Made by a program: the position numbers and the translations under genes. Below the pieces are notes generated by a model. The model had not been told where the DNA came from and did no database searches. It saw only the letters and a program-made list of their open reading frames with translations. Shown piece by piece: positions 57,508 through 64,000 of a stretch of DNA of 64,000 nt (position 1 is its first letter; each line of letters begins with the position of its first letter). Origin of the DNA: Salpingoeca rosetta (lineage: Eukaryota; Protista; Choanoflagellata). The stretch is from NCBI GenBank assembly GCA_033442325.1, contig JAWQFM010000001.1:101225-165224 (forward strand), given 5' to 3'.

Positions 57508-60500
57508 CCATCGCTGATCTCTGCCTCACGACCGTCATTGCCACCTGCTCGCCCCTTCCATCGCGAACATGCCTGAACCTTCCCAGCACGGTGGCGCTGT
57601 TGGAGGAGATGGTGCAACTTGCGTCCTGGGTGCCCCACCCACTCTCTGGCGCCGTCAGCCTACGCTTCTTTCTCCAAGGTGAACGCAAACTAATGATATG
57701 CAGTGCTCCCAAGCACAAACTGTGGCCCATCCCGCCAGTCTTTCACTCAACTCAGCCTCAACCTGTGCAAAACACACGTGTACACCACACATGCAACACA
57801 TGCAACACACACAACACACACATGCACAACGCACCGTTTCCATATTCGTCCGCTCATCCACCCGTTCACTCACCTTACCCCCCCCCCCCCTCGCCCGGGT
57901 CAAAACGCAACAGGGCACGAGTTCATTGTGCGGCCATCGCCCCACGAAGGACTGCCGCTGATTGATACGCACATCACGCCGTACTTCCAGTTCTTTTCGC
58001 CACAGGACCTGCTCATGGTGGTGCTCTCTCTCGCGTTTGACAAAACCGTCATCGTCTTCAGCAGCGATGTCGCTGAAATCGCCCCATTCTGCCAGGTCTC
58101 TCTCCCCGACCAGCTGTTGTGTTCGCGTTTTTTGTATGTATGTATGTATGTATGTATGTATGTATGTATGTATGTATGTATGTATGTATGTATGTATGTA
58201 TGTATGTATGTATGTATGTATGTATGTGTGCATGTATGTATGTATGTATGTATGTATGTGTGCATGCATGCATGTATGTATGTATGTATGTATGTGTGTG
58301 TGTGTCTGTGTGTGTGTCTGTGTCTGTGTGTGTGTGTTTATGTATGTTTGTATGTATGTATGTATGTGTGTTTGTATGTATGTATGTATGTATGTATGTA
58401 TGTATGTATGTGTGTTTGTATGTATGTTTGTATGTATGTATGTATGTATGTATGTATGCATGTGCGTGTGCGTGTAGCTCAGGGAGTAGTGCGCTGTTTC
58501 TGTGCGATTGTGATCTCATCAACGACACCGCACGTCACCACACGACCCCACGTGCCTCATCAGGCCCTGCTTGGCCTGCTGTACCCGCTGGAGTTTCTGC
58601 ACACGTACGTCCCCATTGTGCCTGACGCAGACTGGGTGCAGTCGCCCACGCCAATGCTTGCAGGCATGCACGCGTCCATGCAGCGCGACGCCCTGCGTGG
58701 ATTTGAGGAGCCTGGCAGCTTGCAACCCGTGTTTGTCAACATGGACACAGGGATCATCACCCTCCCCGACACAGAGGACCTGCCCAAGTGCCCATCACAC
58801 ATTGTGCACCAGTTTGTCGCCGCTATCAACCAAGTCAAGGTGTGCAAGTGTGTGTATATGTGTACGTGCGCGCGCGTGTGTGTGTGCGCTACATCCGTGC
58901 AGCACCTGTGTCGTCGTTTGCAGGCGTGCGTCTTCAACACTGAACCCTTCTTCTGTTCTCTTTTTCCTCCACCTCCACCTCCACCGCCACCACCACCACT
59001 ATACCACATCTGGTGCTGCCATGGGCGTACAGAAACCGTTTGCCATCAGCGTGCTGGGTCGTCCGCTTGTTGATCCCCTCCACCACAAGGAGGTATGCTG
59101 CCAGCTGTGAAGACAATACATTCCCCTACTTGCGCGTGTATGTGTGTGTGTGTATTTGTGTACAATGTCATACGTTTGTGTCACTCGCCCACTTGGCGCC
59201 CGTCACACACGACAAATTTAACACGTCATCAGGCCCAGCTCGACTTTGAGGCAAAGGCAGATGTTCTGGTCAGGGAGGCCTTTCTTCGCACCATGGTACG
59301 ACTAAGTTGCATGCCTGTGTGTGTGGGTGGTGTGGGTGTGGGTGTGGGTGGGTGTGGTTGCTGCGCTCATTTGTCACATGTATGGCGCTGCCTTTGTTCA
59401 CACACAAATCTAATCCTTTGTCACGGCACGCGTGCGTACATCTGCAGGTTTCGCTTTTGAAACGCGTCAAAGAGTGCATTTCGTTTGATCTCACGCCGCC
59501 TCTTCTGCACACGGAGGCCTTTCTAGCTGTACGTCACAAAACCCCACAACACCCTGCATGTTTCCTCGTTTGGTTTGCACAACAGGCCCTCATACACTGC
59601 AGTGTTTGACCCTCCACTTACTTGACAATGAATATTTCGTTCGTGGTGGTGTTTCAGCTTCAACCTGAAGAGTCTCTTCAGTTCTTCCAAGCTCTTATCA
59701 CCTCCTCCGCCTTCAACGCGTTTGTGTGTAGTCGCACAAGGTATCAACAACGTTGCTCACACGGGCATATTATGTGCATGAATTGCGCCTCCTCGTAATT
59801 TCACCGCAACCGCAACAACAACGCACATGCACGCACTCACTCACACTTACACATGCACACATGTACACATGTACACATGCACACATGTACACATGCACAC
59901 ATGTACACGCGTGCATACGTGTGCACACGTGTGCATACGTGCGCTCACTTGCTCCCTCTTCCTGCCCTTGCCCAATGCCTGCAGGCATCGTCGCGATCTG
60001 TTTGATGTGCTGTGCAGCGCTGTGGAGAAGAAAGTGCGCACAGGCCGCCCCCACTTCTTCACCATTGCACTCGACCCGGAAGCGCTCGCGCTGACAGGTG
60101 CACACGTCAACCCGTCGGTGAACGTGTCGCAGCTGCTACACAACACCTCCGTGCCCTCGGGACTGGTGTGCAGCACGCCCGCATCCGCGCACGCAAATGG
60201 CGGCGCTCATCACAGCAACAGCACTGGCGCCCGAGACGTGTTCCCGTCATCACCAGTGCAGCCGTCGACATGTGCAAGTGCATACACAACACCGCGCACC
60301 CACCGCTCACAGCCCGGCCAACAACACCAACACCAACAACAGCAGCAGCAGCAGGAAGGGCCAGCGTCTTCACACCGCCGCCTCTCTGGACAGAGCTCAA
60401 CGGGGACATATGGACTCTCGTCGTCGCTGTGTGAGGAGGGGACAACAGCCACGCCGACTGCCAGCAACACGAGTGCACATCCAAGTGGTGATGTCCCTGC

Positions 60501-60800
60501 TGACTCACATCATACAGACTTTCACGTGAGCGCATGATTTTTTTTGTGTGTGTGTGTTGGGTAGGGGTGCGCGTGTATAAGTGGGTGTCAGTGTGTGTGC
60601 GAGTGCTTTACGCTGCACTTGTTCACCCACTCACTTAACAACGTCCGCATACCTGTTACCACCACCGCTGCCACCACGGCGTTCACCAACAGCTTGGGAG
60701 TGAACCGCCGTCACCGCTCCCAACTGCGGAAAAGAGCAAGATGTTCACACCGCAGACCCACGCGAAGCAAAAGTAAGTCGACGACGCATTGTGGTTTGTA

Positions 60801-60868
<68 letters not shown>

Positions 60869-61322
60869 CGTGTGTGTGTGTGTGTGTGCGAGTCATGCGC
60901 GTTCATTTTTCTTTCCTTGCTCACGTCTTCGTGCATGTGTGTGTGTGTGTGTGCAATCATAGGCAGCGGCTCCGTTCTCTTCCTGGCTCTCCGCTCTCGC
61001 GCGAACCGTCAGCCACCGCCCCATTTCAGGTAGCATGTTGCAGTCATTCAACGGCGGCTGTGGTCATGCACGTTGTGTGTGCGAGTGTATGTTTTGTGCG
61101 TATGTGTGTGTATTTGCGTGTATGTTCACGCGCGTGTGCATGTATCTCATGTGTTGTGGTGCCTGCTTCCGTGCGCTCGGCCGCAGGACTACTGCAAGCA
61201 CATGCTGGCCATCTTGGACGAGGCCATCGCAGCGGAAGAGCAAGGTGCCACCCCCCTCGCATGCACACGTGTTCTGTTGTCAATGCACACGCGTGCACAA
61301 TCGTGTTTGTTCCATGCTCCGC

Positions 61323-61401
<79 letters not shown>

Positions 61402-64000
61402 GCACACACACACGCACACACACACACACACACACATACACACCACTTCAAATCGACACCACCACGCCAGGGTCTGACGACACGGGCGAGCTGACGTCTG
61501 TATCGAAGAGTCTGTTCTATCTCCGTGCAGTCTACAAGCTCGGCCTGGGAAAGACCATCCCTGCGTTTCAGGACCTGGACAAGTTGCGCGAGGACGGGAT
61601 TAGTTTCCCGACTAAACGCGTTGCCGCTATCATTTCGGGCCTGTCCGAGGTGGAGCAGATGGTCCTTCGTGAGTCCTCCCTTGTCAAACGCAGTCCAATG
61701 TGGCAGGAAATCTTCAAGGTGCGCCTCGTGTGTGTGGCTGTGTGTGTTTGTGTGTGTGGCTGTGTGTGTGTTGCTGTGTGCGCGTGTGTGTTTGTGCGGT
61801 TGCATCGCCCACCCCCTTTATTTATCCTCTCTGTTCATCCACGTCTTCCTTGACATCAGATGTTGGCAGTGGCAACCCAAGCCGACCTTCCGCTCAACAT
61901 GCTGCCAGGTGTCCACCTCTGTGTGTGTGTGTGTGTGTTTGTGTGGATGCGTTAATCTGTGAACGGGTGATGATATGCGTGAATGTGCCAACGTCAATGT
62001 TCTTGCGTCACTTTCCCTCACACACACTCATGCACACACGCACAAACTGTTCTCGAATGATGTTATAGACGAGCACAACACGCAGATTCGCTCCTTCCGG
62101 GAACTGCAGAAAGCGTGCACGGGGCCAATGGACCGCAGGACGTTTTCGCGTTGGACGTCCACGTATGTTTCATGCACGGTTGCAAAGGCTGAGCAGGCAT
62201 TCACCGCACTTTCCTCCTTCCACGACAGTAAGCCCACGCCTTGCTCGCACAAGCGTCAACGCGTGAATGTGCCTACGAATGTGAATGCGAACGTGCGTGT
62301 ATGCGTGCATGTGCTGTGCTCTGTGTGTGTGTGTGTGTCGAGTGTCAAGTGTCTCGTATTGGATGTAACTGAGCTCTTTACACGATCGTATTCGACCATG
62401 CCATGCAACCGAAACGTGTGCAGACGTCAGCATCCCAGCGGCGGTGTGTCAAGCGTTCTTCCAGGAGCTGCGCGACGACAGCGCACAACTTCCGCTCTCC
62501 GTCCAGAAGGTGCTTCTTCTGCTCGTGACCATGCATGTGTGTGCGCGCGCGTGTGTGTATGTGGGTGCGAGAGTGTGTATTTGTATGTATAAGTGGTGAG
62601 TGCGTGTGTGCGTGTGTGCGTGTGCGTTTACGCTATCGCCTTTGTAGAGACATGTATGTCCGTCACAGACTATGTTCTGCTTGTGCCTTGATTATCTCAG
62701 CTGTTTGTGTCATGTGCCTCAATCATTTTCCATCCTGCTAACACACGCACGCACGCATCACACACACACACAACCTCTCTCTCTCTCTCTCACTCTCACT
62801 TACGCTGTGCGGCTACAACTGCAGCTGCTGAAGCTTGATCACGGCGAGAGTGTGCTCAAGTGTCAGGCCGGCGTGCGCGCGAGGGAAGTGCGAGAGCTTG
62901 GGCGCCTCATTCTCACACACAAACGCGTGTTTCTCGCCCGCAGCGATTCATCCTGTCGGGAACTGCTGTCACTGGCGGAGGTGCGCACAGTGGAGAGAAC
63001 GAAATACCGCGCAACGCGCCTCTCATCGCATATGGACGCCCTCCAAATTGTCGACAGAAACAACTGCGTAAGCGCCGCGCGCGCGTGTGTATGTGTGACA
63101 CGTGCACTGTGTTCCCGAGTGCTTGCTTGACACACACGTGCTCGTGCATTTTGTGCTCCCCTACTTTGTGCTCCCCTGTTTTGTTCCCTTACTCTCTCCT
63201 TGTCATGCTCACCGCCCCACATCGCACAACCACAGAAAACGACACTTGTGTTCTTCAGTCTGCGGGACAAGTGGTTCCACTTCATCACCGAGCTCGTCAG
63301 CGCACACAAGGTTGCCACACATGCACTTATTTTGAACCTATTCTGCTTGTTGCGCTCACATAAGCACACAAGCAAACGCTCGCACGCTCATGCACACATG
63401 CACACACACACACATGTACACATGCACACACGTTTGCACGCACCCTCGCCGTGTCCACAGGTCACGCAGACGCGCGGATCGCAGCTGCTCTCGGAAGCAA
63501 AACTCAACATCCTTCTTGTCGACGCAATTCACAAAGTAAACGTTAATGTGTGTGTTTGTGTGTGTGTGTGCGAGCATGTGTGAGTGTGCGCGTGTGCGTG
63601 CGTGTGCGTATGTGTGTGTGCGCGCGCGCGTCGCTGTGGTTACTTTCCGTGCTCGCGTTTGCTTCGCATTCTTGCCCGTCATTGAATTGACGCTCATTCA
63701 TGTGTGCGTGCGTGCGTGCGTGTGTGCGTGTGTGTGTGTGTGTGTGGTTTTGTGGTTAGGTTACGACCTCAACAACACCGCCGTCGCGTGACAGCGAAGA
63801 TGACGTCATTGCCAATCGCCACGTGCGTACATGCGCCCGTTGTACTCGAGGCCCAACCCTTCCACTGTGACGCAATGTTGGTGTCTTGCTCACACTATTG
63901 GCCCAATTCCAACTACGTCTCACCCACTGCACCCCGCGCACGCGCATACATGCTTGCTTGCTTGCTTGCACACATACATACGTACGTACGTATAGGTGCG
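56380..64000 (+). CDS. DENN-domain Rab GEF, DENND3-like (DENN + helical linker + PH/GRAM-like domain); probably continues beyond the window
   Basis: uDENN start [10 protein letters not shown]. Core DENN: [69 protein letters not shown]. dDENN: VREAFLRTM. Then [15 protein letters not shown] and a PH-like segment [12 protein letters not shown], which recall DENND3. Contains an N gap; the 3' end is unresolved. Confidence 0.8.
57078..57400. other. Assembly gap (N run) after (CA)n
   Basis: Run of N. Confidence 0.99.
58133..58459. repeat. (TATG)n tetranucleotide microsatellite, intronic in the DENN gene
   Basis: Long imperfect TATG array with a (GT)n insert. Confidence 0.93.

Overview
Eukaryotic, gene-dense, intron-rich DNA. 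Most introns are filled with (GT)n/(CA)n microsatellites. This style and the gene content suggest a choanoflagellate such as Salpingoeca rosetta (inference, not verified). Most ORFs in the supplied track are microsatellite or antisense artefacts, so I rebuilt the genes by hand-splicing GT..AG introns and found 14 protein-coding genes. They are: a divergent pair of fungal-type sulfite reductase subunits (MET5-like, partial; MET10-like), an F-box protein, two intronless secreted 7-repeat beta-propeller paralogs, D2HGDH, an SRPBCC protein, a GH20 beta-hexosaminidase/HGSNAT gene, NEK2, a small TFIIIC subunit-6-like gene that the ORF track only shows in fragments, LIPT2, HPD, a UVR-motif coiled-coil protein, a PDP-type PP2C and a DENND3-like gene. 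The main candidate novelty is at 20586-30339 (-). There a GH20 beta-N-acetylhexosaminidase has no stop codon of its own and splices in frame, through a TM helix and a dileucine-bearing linker, into a complete HGSNAT-type transmembrane glucosamine N-acetyltransferase. This would be a putative single-chain lysosomal 'acetylate-then-cleave' enzyme for beta-linked glucosamine polymers. No rRNA, tRNA, CRISPR array or recognisable transposon was seen. There are two N gaps.
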